Shown in pieces: positions 24,037 through 36,735 of a DNA stretch of 64,000 nt. Position 1 is the stretch's first letter. Each line of letters begins with the position of its first letter. Under the pieces are notes generated by a model. It did not search any database, had not been told where the DNA came from, and saw only the letters and a list, made by a program, of their open reading frames with translations. The DNA is taken from NCBI GenBank assembly GCA_001949185.1, contig BDGG01000007.1:248001-312000 (forward strand). The letters run 5' to 3'. The stretch is from Ramazzottius varieornatus. Its lineage: Eukaryota > Animalia > Tardigrada. A program made the translations under genes and the position numbers.

Positions 24037-26603
24037 CTAACCTGCGACGACCTTTGTAGACTCTTTCACAGATTCTTTCACGGGTTCAGCTGCAGCAACT
24101 GGGGCATCCCCATCCATCGACATTATCGTATCTGCTACCTCGAAGGAACATCCTGTAGTCTGCACCACATCCTCGAGCGCCACGCCTTCGGCCAGCTCGG
24201 TTAAAATTAACCTATTATTCTCTTTGTCGACCTGGAAGACACACTTCTCTGTGATGATCAGGTCCACACAAGCCTTCCCCGTCAAAGGTAACGAACACTC
24301 GTCCAGAATCTTCGGCTCGTTACTCTTCGTCGCATGTTCCATCACGACCACAACCTAGTAAACCAACACAACACAACACAACACGTTTGACAACACTTTG
24401 GACGTAGGCAAACAAGATCGTTATTGCAAGTAACGCACTACAATAGCCTACGAAACTGAGCATAAGCGTGACTTGGGGAACAGTCTTGTCGAGTCTCCAA
24501 AGTGACGCACTCTATCGACCAGAAACACTGGAAACGTGCGCCATCCAAGGAAACAGCCTTGCGGAGCTCGTTTACACGCTTCCCAATCGACTTCTCATCT
24601 TGAATGACTGATTAGTAATACCTTTGTTCCAGCTGCCGAAGCGGAAACCAAGTCCATCGCGCCACCCATTCCTTTCACCAGCTTCCCCGGAACCATCCAG
24701 TTGGCCAGGTCTCCACGCTTGGACACTTGAAGGGCTCCCAGCATAGTCAGGTCGATGTGGCCACCTCGAATCATGGCGAATGAGTCGTCGCTACTGAAGT
24801 AGCTAGCACCCGGGACGACGGTTACGGTCTGCTTGCCCGCGTTGATCAGGTCGGGATCGACTTCATCCTTCGTAGGGTAGTTTCCTAACCCAAGGATCCC
24901 GTTCTCACTTTGGAGTCTCACGGTCATACCTTCTGGAATGTGGTTGGAAGCCAACATGGGAATCCCAATGCCTGGAAGAACGCGAAATATCACAATAACA
25001 AATAGCTTGAAAAGGAGACACAAGCTAACAAACTCGGCCAGATCGCTTTACCAAGTGACGCACGTTTTCGGTATTTTCGGCTGGCAACGTGCGCCACTTG
25101 GAAAACCGATTATGTCCAGTTTGTTTGCCAAATTGCCGGTAGCTTCGAAAATATTTCTTGCGACTCAAAAAACCAAAGTTTTTTCAAAGAAGCATCTGCG
25201 GGAGACCTCGACACCCACCTAGGTTTGCGTACATGCCATCTTTGAATTCTTTCGCCGCTCGACGAATTATCCTCTCGCGGGTAATTTCGTCCAAGTTTAA
25301 ACTGGCGCCGGCTTCTTTTGCCCTTTTCAGTGTAGTCTTTTCGATACGTTTCTCGTACTTTTCTCCTTTGATCAGACGGTGAACGAAGATACCAGGAACA
25401 TGTATGGATTCCGGATCTAACTGCCTGAAGAAAATCCGAACAAATAAATCGAAAATCCTCAGATCATCCAAAATGAACGGTAATATCTAGGCTACCCAGT
25501 TTCAACGATCTCTTCGACTTCTACGATGGCAATCTTTCCCGCCTTGCAGCATGGTGGATTGAAGTTCCTTGATGTCTTTCTAAATGCTAAGTTGCCCTGT
25601 TTATCAGCTTTCCATGCTTTAACCAAGGCAAAGTCACCAGTGATAGCTTCCTCCATGATGTATTCTCTCCCCTGGAACATTCTTGATTCTTTCTCCGGGC
25701 TTGACTCTACAATCTTCTTCCCTCCTGGACCGTACTTGATTGGTGCTCCACCACTATGCACCAACGTACCTGCAGTAGCAACAGTCAACCAATGTTCTAC
25801 AAAATCAGACACTTCCAATGGAAAATCCGCCTTAACAACGCGCCGCTTATTCCACGAAAAAACCCCTGCTCAATCTGCGCACTTCCTAGGCGAACGATGT
25901 GTAAAAACACGCCATGTGGTTTCAGGAATGAGGGTAACCTCGCTCAACTGGACGAATGAGAGCAACCTCGCTCAACTCGCGCACGAATGCATGCTCTAAG
26001 GCGCTAAAGAGCGCCGCACGCCAAGCGGGATTACACAGTCAATTTTCTGGCAGATTGTGACTTGTAAATTCAAGTTCTTGCATGAAAACGATCCTCCACC
26101 ATACCTGCAGCTGTGGGAGTGAAGAAAGCTGGAATGCCAGCTCCTCCAGCTCGCAATCTTTCCGCGAGTGTTCCCTGAGGAGTCAACTCCAGCTCCAACT
26201 CTCCATTCAGGTACTGCTGTTCGAACTCCTTGTTTTCCCCTACATAGGACGATATCATGCGCTTGATTTGCTTGGTCTTCAGAAGTAGTCCCAGGCCAAA
26301 GTCGTCTACGCCAGCGTTGTTGCTGACAACTGTCAAATCTTTCACGCCCTTCTTTACCAACGCGCCGATCAAGTTCTCTGGGATTCCACACAAACCGAAG
26401 CCACCGACTAACAGCTTCGCCCCATCTGGAATGTCTTTAACGGCTTCGGCAGGGTCGGTGAAGATTTGCGGGTCTAAGCGACGAGTACTGGTGCTAAACG
26501 AGCATGCGAACGAGGAAGACAGCGAAGGAATAGTTTCTAGGAATTCTTTTCGGTTCCGCGATGCGAAGAGGCTTGACCGACGATATCGCAGTACAGCTGC
26601 CAT
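24037..26603 (-). CDS. OXCT1/SCOT: Succinyl-CoA:3-ketoacid CoA transferase, paralog A (5 exons: 26603-26105, 25769-25496, 25424-25219, 24971-24622, 24354-24037)
   Basis: [48 protein letters not shown], catalytic [23 protein letters not shown]. The N-terminus is Arg/Ser-rich and presequence-like. Confidence 0.96.
24405..24584. repeat. Degenerate double-core palindromic element, last intron of SCOT-A
   Basis: ggcaaacaagatcg..gacttggggaacagtcttgtcgagt..aagtgacgcac..cgtgcgccat. Confidence 0.75.
25018..25140. repeat. Palindromic element copy in SCOT-A-specific intron 24972-25218
   Basis: aaactcggccagatcgctttaccaagtgacgcacg..cgtgcgccacttggaaaaccgattatgtccagtttgtttgcc. Confidence 0.9.
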
Positions 26604-27546
26604 GTTCTTTCGGGTCCTTCCTAAAAAATAAATTCTCTTCTGCATGAAGGAAACATACCTGCAGACTCGGAACCCGGTCCGAGGTAATTAACAAAATGTA
26701 CATTCCGGCAGTTGCCGTTGATTGTTGATTGACAGACAGCTACTACCTCGAGTTGAGTATTGCGTTTCCGTCTATTCCACTAGCCAAGATTCCTTTTGCG
26801 AGTTGCAGATAATAACCAGAAGCTTTCCAACGACGCCTTCTCCTGTTCCGAAATGCGTAAACGGAATTATTACGATTTGCTGCAAATATGGGATGGTCAG
26901 ACATTCGCGCACGTGCATGCTGAGTCGGCTGGCTGCTATGCGTACCTTCCTTGTACTTACCTCGCGGTGATCGTACTTCAAGCTGCCATGTATTTCATTT
27001 CCCAGCGAGCGTCGTAGCTTGATCCAGGTAATGGTGATATACGACTGGAAATTTACGCTGATAGTAAAATTATTACGGGAGAAATAAACGATTTCCGCCT
27101 TCCGGTTGCCTGAGCAAGTAACTTAGTACGTAAGTGTCATGTCACACCACCCACAAACCATGTCATGTCACACGCTGACATGACAGAATGTTACTGTGAG
27201 GTTTACAGAAGAAACAAGGCTTCCGTCTTCTTCAGAGGGGTGAATCCGGGAGACCGAGGTAAATCCTATCCGTATGTAATTCAGCTTCAATCCGTGCGAA
27301 CCAGGCACAATCTAGCATTTCCAGCATTACGGAACTCGGTGCAAGCTTAGAGAAGAAAGGCGTAGAGTTACGAGTAAGCAGGTAAGCACAAAATTTCGTG
27401 TATTACATTGAAACCAATGACCATCCTCTTTGGTGTCAATCTTAGAGAAAGTGTAAAAATGTCTAGTAACAGCGTACTATGAACATGGATATTTCAGTAA
27501 CAACGAAGATATGGTAGGAAACGGACACATGTAACTTCAACAAGGT

Positions 27547-28301
27547 TTACTGCCCAGGAGGTCGGAGTCCTGGCGGAGGTCCTGTGGGGCGGAATCCCGG
27601 AGGCATCCCAGGAGGTGGAGCTGACATGCCCGGAGGACGCATACCCGGAGGCATGCCTGGTGGAGCGCCAGGAAATCCAGGCGGAGGTGCACCGCGCATC
27701 ATTCCTGGAGGCATGGTGCCAGGAGCCATTACACCTGGCGGAGGTCCTCCCACACCACGAACGGGACCCTGCAATCCCGACGGAGCAATGGGTGGAGCGC
27801 CCATGCCCATACCCATGGGCATACCGCGACCCGCGGCACGGCCCATGCCCATACCAGGCATCATTCCAGGAATGGGAACACGGGGAATGGCATCCTGTAA
27901 CAAAGCAGCCAAAGTCCAGTCAATCAAGACACACAATCAACTCGTGCGTAGCATCACACAGCAAATCAACAGACAGCGTCAATCAACTCGGTAGATGAAT
28001 TAATTCAAATTTTTCTGTGATGAAGAAAGTCTACCTCGTTTGGCGGAGGGCCTTCTACCGTCATTGACACGATGTTCTCTCCACGTAGAAGGATAAACCC
28101 CAAAACACGTTTCTCCTCCCTTTCAGCCTGCTGCTTGTTCTTGGGACGAATACGGCGGAATTCTTCGCAGTCTGATAAAATGAGGTTTAAATGGCGGTCG
28201 AAAGCTTTGAATGTTCCCACGAAGCTACGAGAGTCCTGTAGCGTTACTCTCACCCGGTAGCCAATGTGAGCCTGCATCTTATTGCTCTTTCCCACAGGCA
28301 T
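27547..28301 (-). CDS. SNRPB: Small nuclear ribonucleoprotein SmB (2 coding exons: 28301-28035, 27894-27547)
   Basis: [67 protein letters not shown], followed by a GRG and PPPGM-rich tail. Confidence 0.97.
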
Positions 28302-29035
28302 GATGGAGCTTGAATGAAATCCTAGAGAAACAGCCAGTAAATTCAAAGGCGTCGTAAGAAGACAGATTGTAAACTGTAATGAACTGGCATGCGCTTTCGC
28401 CAGCCGCACACATACCTTGCGTCAAATACTGTCCCGTCGATTCCTCTGAACGCTTCACTTCAACGATTCTTCCAGTGAAAAACGGATTCCAAAGCTAGAT
28501 TCGAGGAGTGAGTCGGATGAGAAGATCGCTGACAAGAAATGGGTAGAAATCCACCATTATTTTTCCTTCGTGAACCGGCGTGGGTTGTGCAAACACCACA
28601 TGGATGCCCAAGTGTATGCGTCAGAACCTAGTGGCACGACAAAGCTAGTCCCGCAGATGGGGGTTCAACTATTGCACCGTCGATTTTTGCGTTCTCCTCA
28701 CGGTAGAGCTAGAGGTTCTTCCCCATCCCCGGCTGGAAGATTTAGTATCTTCCGTTCTAGGACGGGAACTCACAGGTCTATTCAACTTCAAGGTACAAAA
28801 AATCGTTTTACTGTGTTCTCTGTCGAAAGACTTCTAAAGGAAACAAAAGTATAAGAAACAGCTGCAACCGATAATAGGACACCCTCGAAAGATTCTTCCC
28901 ATTTCCAAAAAGAAAAAAAAAGAAGCAAGGATAACCCATTACCACAACAAAACCCAAATCAGAAGCTAAAGAAATTTTATAATCTCAGACCCAACTACTC
29001 TCAAAGAAAACTCGGAAATGTCCCACACAAACTCC

Positions 29036-30577
29036 TTATTGAACAGTCACGGGCACAGCCACCCTCGGTACTCGCATATCTCCAGCTCCACTTCCGGGTT
29101 GTCCCTTATCCGTCGCTGAAGAAGAGTTGTTGTTTCCTCCCGCAGTCACGGGCTGCCTGTTGTCTCCAGCACCACCCATCTGGTTGTTGCTACCTTGGTT
29201 CTGACCCTGGTTTTGGTTCGAGGAAGAGTGGTTCTGTACGTGGGACTGGTTGCTGTTATCACCCTGACTCTGTTGCGCACCCAGCAGCTGGTGCTGACCA
29301 CCGGAACCCTGACCGTTGCTGTTCTGCAGGTTATTTCCACCACCGTTCTGTTCGTTGCTGTTGTTGTTGTTTCGTCCCTGGGACAAGCCACGTCCTCCAC
29401 GGTTATTGCGGCCCCGACCATGGCGTCCACCGCGTCCTCCACGACCACCGTTACCGCTACCATTACCACCGTCGTTGTTTCCTTGGTTGTTACCACCTTG
29501 CTGGTTGTCGTTGTTGTTATTCTGGTTTTGGTTCTGGCTGTTATCGTTGTTTGACTGTTGCGCCTGGTTATTGTTATTTTGTTGTTGGCCATTCTGTTGG
29601 TCATTCTGATTCTGGCCGCCGTTGTTGTTATCGCCAGAGTTATTGTTGTAGTTCACGCCGCGGTAGACGCGTCCACCTCGGCGACCTTCGCGTCGTCCAC
29701 CACGGAAGCCTCCTCGACGACCTCGACCGTCGTTGTTACCGTTTCCTCCATTGTTATTTCCGCCGTTGTTGTTACCATCGTTGGTGTTGTTGTTATTGTT
29801 GTATGGGAAGGTGTTGTTGAAGTTCTGGCTGTTGGTGGCGTACACTGGAAAACAGAGAAACCGTAACTCAACTTCACCCTTACCGCCAAGGTTTGCAGGT
29901 GCATGCAACACCTGCGCGATGCACCTGTATCAATCAGCTGTCGGCTGCCCACTGCCCGAAAACTGCTGACGCGAAGCCAAATTCGTAATTTTAGACCCGG
30001 CTGTCCCATACAAGCTAGCTTCGCACCCGGGTACAAATAAACGTAGATTAAGAATATATACGTCGCTTGTTCCATGCGCCGGTTGATCCGGGCATGGCTG
30101 CGAACACTCAAGCACAGTAATACCATGTCAGCCTACCGGAAGTGCCTTACCCGAGGAAGAGTCACCTTGGTAACCACCTTCCTCCTGGTTATTACAGTAA
30201 GAGTTGGGGCCTTGTGTGGCATTGCCGCCTTGCTGGTATCCACCGCCATCCTGGCCATCGCCACCGGACTGCTGGCCTCCGTTCTGACACCAGTTGTTCT
30301 GGCCTCCTCGGCGCTGCCCACCACCTCCGCGTCCCCCTCGTCCAGCGAAGCCACCACGAGGATAGAAGCGGGCTGCTTCGACGACGATCTCTTGGTCCCC
30401 AAAGACGTTACCGTTCAGGCCAGCGATGGCTGCTCGGGCTGCTTCCGCGTCGTAGATGGCGACGAAGGCAAAGTCACGCACAGCGGTGGCGCGCGAGACA
30501 CAACCGTACGTCTCGAAGATCTGCACTAGGTCCGACAGACGATAGCCATTGGGCAGGTTACCCACATAGATCTGCAT
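29036..30577 (-). CDS. Single-RRM protein with RGG boxes and a long N/Q/G-rich prion-like region (exons 30577-30151 and 29844-29036, about 411 aa)
   Basis: RNP2 IYVGNLP and RNP1 RDFAFV. The phase-1 donor G|GTAAG joins the phase-1 acceptor TTTTCCAG|TG in frame. Confidence 0.85.
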
Positions 30578-31398
30578 GATGGAAGGTTAGGGTAGGGTGA
30601 AGATAATGACAAAACGAGAACACGAATCTGGAACAAAGAGGAAAATCCAAGAGTGAAAACTGGCTAGAAAAATGCGGATGCAAAGAGCGAGATCCCACCT
30701 AAAAAGTGGGATCCTGTCGTGTTGACGACGATGATTGTTGCCAAGGACGATCAGCTGGAACAGGAATTAGCAATTGTAGTACCGAGCAAACAGAAGAATG
30801 GAATTTGGGATGAGAAATGCAGAAGTGAAATTCGGGATAAGAAATCCTTTCGAAATTCAAAAATCAAAATGGAAGAAGAAAATTACTGCGAGTGGTGTAT
30901 GACATAAGCCAGCGCGCTGAATGAAAGCTTAGAACCCCTTCAGAAGAAAACAATGGTCAACTGGGCCGGTTTCAGAATGCAGGAAACTTCGATCCTTGGA
31001 CGACACGTCACATTTTGCCGGCGTTCTTGAATGAAAACTTGATTCAGCAGGTCTTACGTAACAAGCAGAAGGAAGATATCAAAGCCAGAAACGACTTCAT
31101 ACGAGAGACCAAACGCCAAACTGAAGATAACTTCGATAACGAAACGATAACTTTCTAAGCTGTTGTCGTTCGAAGAACCCTGCGCGCTTTGAACGACCAC
31201 GCTTAAGGAAAAGCTCAGCCCGTTTTCTGATTTTCCGCAGGGGAGAACCACGAGACAACAGCAATATGCAATATGATTTACCGTGAAAGAAATGGTTGAC
31301 GTCATCAGTTTCTCTACCACAATCACAGCAAGTTCAACAACTCAGTCAAGTGGTGCAGCCGGTGTCTCACCGATATAATATCGTTCAAACCACTATCT

Positions 31399-33547
31399 TC
31401 ACACGAGACAAAATATGAGGCTGGGAATTTGGCCTTCTGAGAGTGACGTACCATTCTGGCTGTCGGGTGAGTCGCTGTACAAGAAAGTGCATGCAGATTC
31501 TGTTTGACCAGCCACCACGGTTGAAATCTTGGACGAACCGTGCATTCCTCGGAACGTTGGCGGACCCTGTTGAACAATCATCAAACTGAGCCATGTTCAC
31601 GGATATTCGAATTCGAAGAGCTTGTCGGAGTCTCACTTCGAAAAGGACAGAGATGGAGTAGGTGTTTCCAGCTCGAACCATCACGGGCTCCTTGAACAGC
31701 ACCCGAAAGATAGTTTTACTTCCGTCCGTCTGTAGTTCCGTCGTCTGATGTAGCAGTGAGGATCCGCTCTGGGTATCTGTCTTGATATCAATTACGATCG
31801 CGTACGTTGTGGAGCCGTCGTTACCTCCGTAAATTCCACAACCCAGTAAAGCGATGTCATGATCCACAGAAAATCTGAAAAGAGTTCGCAGTCACGTCGA
31901 TAAGCAGTTTCCCCAACACTTCGGACGTACCGTATACAGTCCGCGCCACCGCCATAACCCCAACTTCCTCCTACTTCGGTAAAGCGTGTAACGGTGTACT
32001 CTTGTCCACAAGGACCTCGTCGGGGCGTCGCCGAGAATGGGATCTCTGGCTTGTTGGCCGCAAACATGTGGAGGAACAGATCGCGGGTTTCTTCAGCGGT
32101 CAGTACATCACTCTGGAAGAAAACACTGGTGGAGCTTGATCCACAAAGTAAAGAAATGGGTACCTTACTTGACCTGGACCATTGGCAAATTCTTCGACGC
32201 TCATCAGCGGAAACCGAATATCGAACAGCGCCGCGCCCATCATTTTCCGCCGGTTCAGTGAGTTAATCTCTAGCTCCCGCCGTTCACTTTCCGAATCCGC
32301 CCATCTACAAAAACACTGCTGTTCTCCTTCCCAGGCAAATACATTTTGAATAGAAGAAAAAGATCTTAGATCCTAGAAACGAGGGAAGTTCACTAACCGG
32401 ACAAGGCTGTTGAAGAGCTCGAGTTCTCGCGCAGATAGTCCGTCGCGCTGAAGGACCATGCGCAACAATTGAAAGCTGATGTGATGGAACTCTTTGGTGC
32501 TGATGACAGAATGGGTGCATCTGTCGATCAAGTCCAGGCACTGATCGACCAGCTCCGGCTCTTCCGATTGTTGAGCCTGAGGAAACCAAATTATTTCTGC
32601 GTACAAATTGGGAGGATGGCAAACGAACTAGATCATTTTCTCAGATGGCGCATCAGTCCATTGCTATTGGCTGAAAGCTTGCGCCACTGGGGATCAAGCC
32701 CATGCGCGATTCGTTCGCTGACGTCCCAACTATCATTCGGTATTATTTTCTTCTACTGGACCTGTTCGAGAACGACGAAGACATTTTCGGGTCTAGTATT
32801 CTTCCGCAAGAAGTCCACACAAGCGCCTTGAAGTTGCGGCATGGTGTATTTCTTCGCGGCATACAAGGTCGGCATGACTGTCTCATCATCAATGCCACTT
32901 ACGTCGTCTGTGTACACAAACCTGCCAATTACGCAGTTCACCAAAGTCAAATTTAGATTTGTGGAATGTAATATCTAGGACCGGTGCGTACATACCGTAA
33001 TAGGTTCCGGAAGGCGGCGGGCTCAATGTCAGGCAGATGAACATCCTGTCCATCGGCAACCTGCCGCGTCGGTCCGAAAAACATGGTCTCGAAAACTGGG
33101 CTTCCCATAGCCAGTAAAAACCTATGGAAAACATAACATTCGGAACAGTCCATTGAAAAGCTCGTGTCTATATATCGATATCGCTTACCTGTGCGCGGGT
33201 ATTTCTCGTTGCATGATGCCTTTCCCCACGATGAAAACCACGTCGCTCAAAGCTTCGTTGTTTTCCAGCAGGAACTGACTTCGGTCCAGCAAGCTCGATC
33301 GCTCGCATTGCCAGTTGGGTGTTGGAGTTCCAGGTCGAACAGCAGGTTCCGGTATTTGGAGTCCTTCCTCGGCTCCGTCACCTTCTTGGTCGGTTGAAGG
33401 GGCTTGGACAAAGACATTGTCCACTTCCTCTGTACTAACCGATCCCATGATGCGTTGCTGGCGAGGAAGTCGACCTGGAACAGAATCAACGGTGAGAAAG
33501 CCTGGAGCATCGGCTTTCAACGTGGACTTGGGCTTCTTTAGCGACAT
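31399..33547 (-). CDS. BTBD1/2-like: BTB-BACK-PHR protein (BTBD1/2/3/6 family, Cul3 adaptor)
   Basis: NWQ..LSDVVFIVG..IPAHR|FLLAMGSPVFETMFFG..DIEPAAFRNLLR, TLYAAKKY, RFTEVGGSWGYGGGADCIR, FRVLFKEPV, NGTSLSEGQIPSLIF. Confidence 0.93.
32610..32728. repeat. Palindromic element copy, BTBD intron
   Basis: gggaggatggcaaacgaac..agatggcgca..tattggctgaaagcttgcgccactggg..gacgtccc. Confidence 0.8.
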
Positions 33548-34213
33548 TAGCGAAGCGGCAAGGAGGCATGAGGAACCTTACTGTAGAAGAAGGAGCACTG
33601 AACACGTGAGTGCATTAAGCCAAACGAGTAGATGCTGAAGCTCTGGTATCTTTTACCTGTAGTATCTTTAAAGACCTGAGTCAGCTAATCATACATCCAG
33701 GACCGTGGTTTCACGAAGGTTTGCCGACATAGCCACGATGAAGCAAACTTCCATCGGAAATGATTCGGAATCGCACCAGTTGGCGGTCTGACAAGAAGAG
33801 AAAGACTTGTACTTGCGGCTTATACTCGGTGGCTGGTTTAGTACGAAGTCGTACCTTCTTCACGTGGTATTGTACACTGTTCGGGGCTTCGAGCAGTACA
33901 TTAATTGTTGATTGAAGAGATTGCGGGCGAAAGCGCAGTACCACAGTTCGACAAGCACAAGAGCAGCATGACGTCATATTTAAATATTGTGCGACTCTTT
34001 TAACAGAGAACCTACGATACCAACTTGTTCTTATGATGTCAGGGTGTTCTTGTGAGTATCGACTTGTGCTAGTGCGCTTTCGCTCGCAATATCTGTATTA
34101 ATTAAAGTAAAATTGTGCTGCTTCGCATTCTCTAGGTTGCTCCCAGTTCTCTGATATTCCGTCCACTGTATAGCATGGAAGTTTCGCGAGTTACAATAGG
34201 GACTGTATGTAAA

Positions 34214-36203
34214 ATGGCATATCGTAGTGTTGGGCGTTCGTTTGCAGGCTGGGCAGTCCAACATCGGTTCAGAGGGAACATTTATCGATCTTCCGCTCCG
34301 TTCAGCACATCGACTTCCCTCTTCGATCCCCAGATTTTTACCGATCCCGTCGAAGCCGTGAAAGACATTCCTAATGGAGCTAGAGTTCTCGTTGGCGGTT
34401 TCGGACTATGTGGCATTCCCGAGAATCTGCTTGCTGCCCTGGTCGAGACGGGCGTGAAAGACTTGACGGTTGTCAGCGACAATGGAGGAGTGGACGACTT
34501 CGGCACTGGTATCTTACTCCAGTCCAGACAAGTGAAGAGGATGATCTGCTCGTATGTCGGGGGCAACAAAGAGTTCATGCGGCAATTCCTCCGCGGAGAA
34601 GTGGAGGTTGAGCTGACGCCACAAGGAACGCTGGCCGAGAAGCTGCGCGCTGGTGGCGCTGGCATTCCAGCCTTCTTCACTGCCACTGCTGTAGGTACGT
34701 TCCTTCATTCCTTTCCTTTCTGAACCTAGAAACATGAAAGACTGTAGCTGGCCTCTGTTATGCATTGCGATCGAAGCAGTGTATAAACTAACCCAGAGAA
34801 AGGACAACTTCCGGCGGAAACGGAAGTTTATTCAACTGGATATTCGTTATGTGAAGTCATGTCATGTTGTGTCGCGTGTAAAATTCTTGTTACGTTGTCA
34901 TGTCTTTTAGGGACGGTGGTACATTCCGGAGGAGTTCCCATAAAATATTCCCCGACGGACAAAAGCGTCACCGAGTCAAGCGCCACAAGAGAGTCAAGGC
35001 TCTTCAATGGCCGAGAATACATCCTAGAAGAAGCCATTACGGGGGACTTCGCCCTGATCAAAGCTTACAAAGCTGACAAACAAGGCAATTTGATGTTCCG
35101 CAAAGCGGCAAGAAACTTCAACCCGCCCATGTGCCGAGCGGGCAAGATCGCCATAGTGGAAGCCGAAGAGATCGTCGAAGTCGGGTAACTAAGTTTCGGC
35201 CTCGATTTTGTTCAGAGTTTAGTTTTGGTGTGTGTTTTTTAGGCAACTCGATCCAGAGGCCATACACGTTCCAGGCATCTACGTTGACCGCCTGATCAAA
35301 GGTCCAAAATACGAGAAAAGACTTCAGAAGCTGAAATTATCCAGACCGCCTGAAGCTTCTGTAAGTCCTGAGAAGTTAGCTAGTCCAGATAAAATCATGG
35401 AGGAAGTTGAAAGAGAGAGAATAGCTCGGAGAGCAGCAAAAGAATTTAAGTCTGGCATGTACATCAACTTGGGCATTGGGATCCCCGAACTTTCCATGTA
35501 CTACCTTCCCGAGAACGTTCAAGTACATATTCAGACAGAGAATGGCATACTGGGTCTCGGACCGTTCCCCGCCACGCAAGAGCAAGCCGACGCGGATGTG
35601 ATCAATCCCGGAAAGGAGACCGTGACCGTACTTCCGGGTGCTAGCTTCTTCAGCAGCGATGACTCCTTCGCCATGATCAGGGGCGGCCACATCGATCTGA
35701 CTATGCTGGGCGCTCTGCAAGTGTCCAAGAAGGGTGACATTGCTAGCTGGATGGTTCCGGGTAAACTGGTGAAAGGAATGGGTGGTGCCATGGATTTAGT
35801 CTCGGCTTCGGCGGTTGGAACCAAGGTAAGAAATTTACAATAACAACTCTGCATGCACCTGCATACACGGGCACTGCATTAAGTGTACGTCGTGGTGTAT
35901 GCAAGTGGATGGTCGGCGAGCTTGCCTGTGTGTTATTGACGTGTGGTATTTTCTCAGGTGGTGGTAACGATGAAACATACAACGGCCAGGGGGGAACCCA
36001 AAATTTTAGACGAGTGTGCTTTCCCCCTAACAGGAAAGGGAGTCGTGGACCTCATCATTACGGAAAAATGTGTGTTCAAAGTGGATCGTGAGACAGGGAA
36101 GTTGACGCTGACAGAGATTGCCGAAGGCATTGATGTGGCGGACGTTGTGGCCACCACCGACTGTGTCTTTGAGGTTGCTTCTCCCATTCTACCGATGGCA
36201 TGA
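34214..36203 (+). CDS. OXCT-like: Succinyl-CoA:3-ketoacid CoA transferase-like, paralog B (4 exons)
   Basis: Collinear with paralog A. Catalytic Glu is kept in IQTENG. Variant motifs VSDNGG, CSYVGGN, GIGIPEL, INPGKET. Confidence 0.95.
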
Positions 36204-36735
36204 AGGTTTTTTTAATATGACTCTGTATTGATTTTGAAATTTCTCATTCATTCCGTGCGTTTCATGTCTTCTTCGGCCGTTGGATGGCTCAGTAAGCGTA
36301 GTTTGACTGCCTGAGCGAACTTTCGTTTTGAATTTTTAGACGGCTTCTTGGATCACCGTGGTGTTAGTTGTGGATTCAACTTCTCAAGTAAACTATTGCA
36401 AAGTACAGAAGAAAATTTTCTGGACGGAGTCTAAGTTAGTCTAATACGAGTTCGTCTTACTGCAAGAACTCCTCCTGTCATGTCATATCCCATTTCGCCA
36501 TCGCGTTAGTCATGCTTTACGTCATAGGAATCGTAATTATCGAATTTAATTGTTCATTAATTTCATTGTTCATTAATTTCAATTTTTGTAATATTTTGTT
36601 CCTGTCTTAGCATGCACTCCGATCCATGTTGGAGCTGGGATGTTTCCTGGACTTCTGATTTTTCGATGATAGGGATATTTATGTGAGTGCTGTGGCTCTG
36701 TGGGAAGACGTAAAAACGCGGTTTCGGGAATCAGA

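Noticed and set aside
25815-25900. Possible extra degenerate palindrome copy in SCOT-A intron 1 (similar trace near 43410-43500)
   Set aside because: Too decayed to count by eye; excluded from the tally.
30128-30150. Apparent stop after the RRM ORF (possible readthrough or two genes)
   Set aside because: A phase-compatible GT-AG intron (30150-29845) removes the stop and joins both ORFs.
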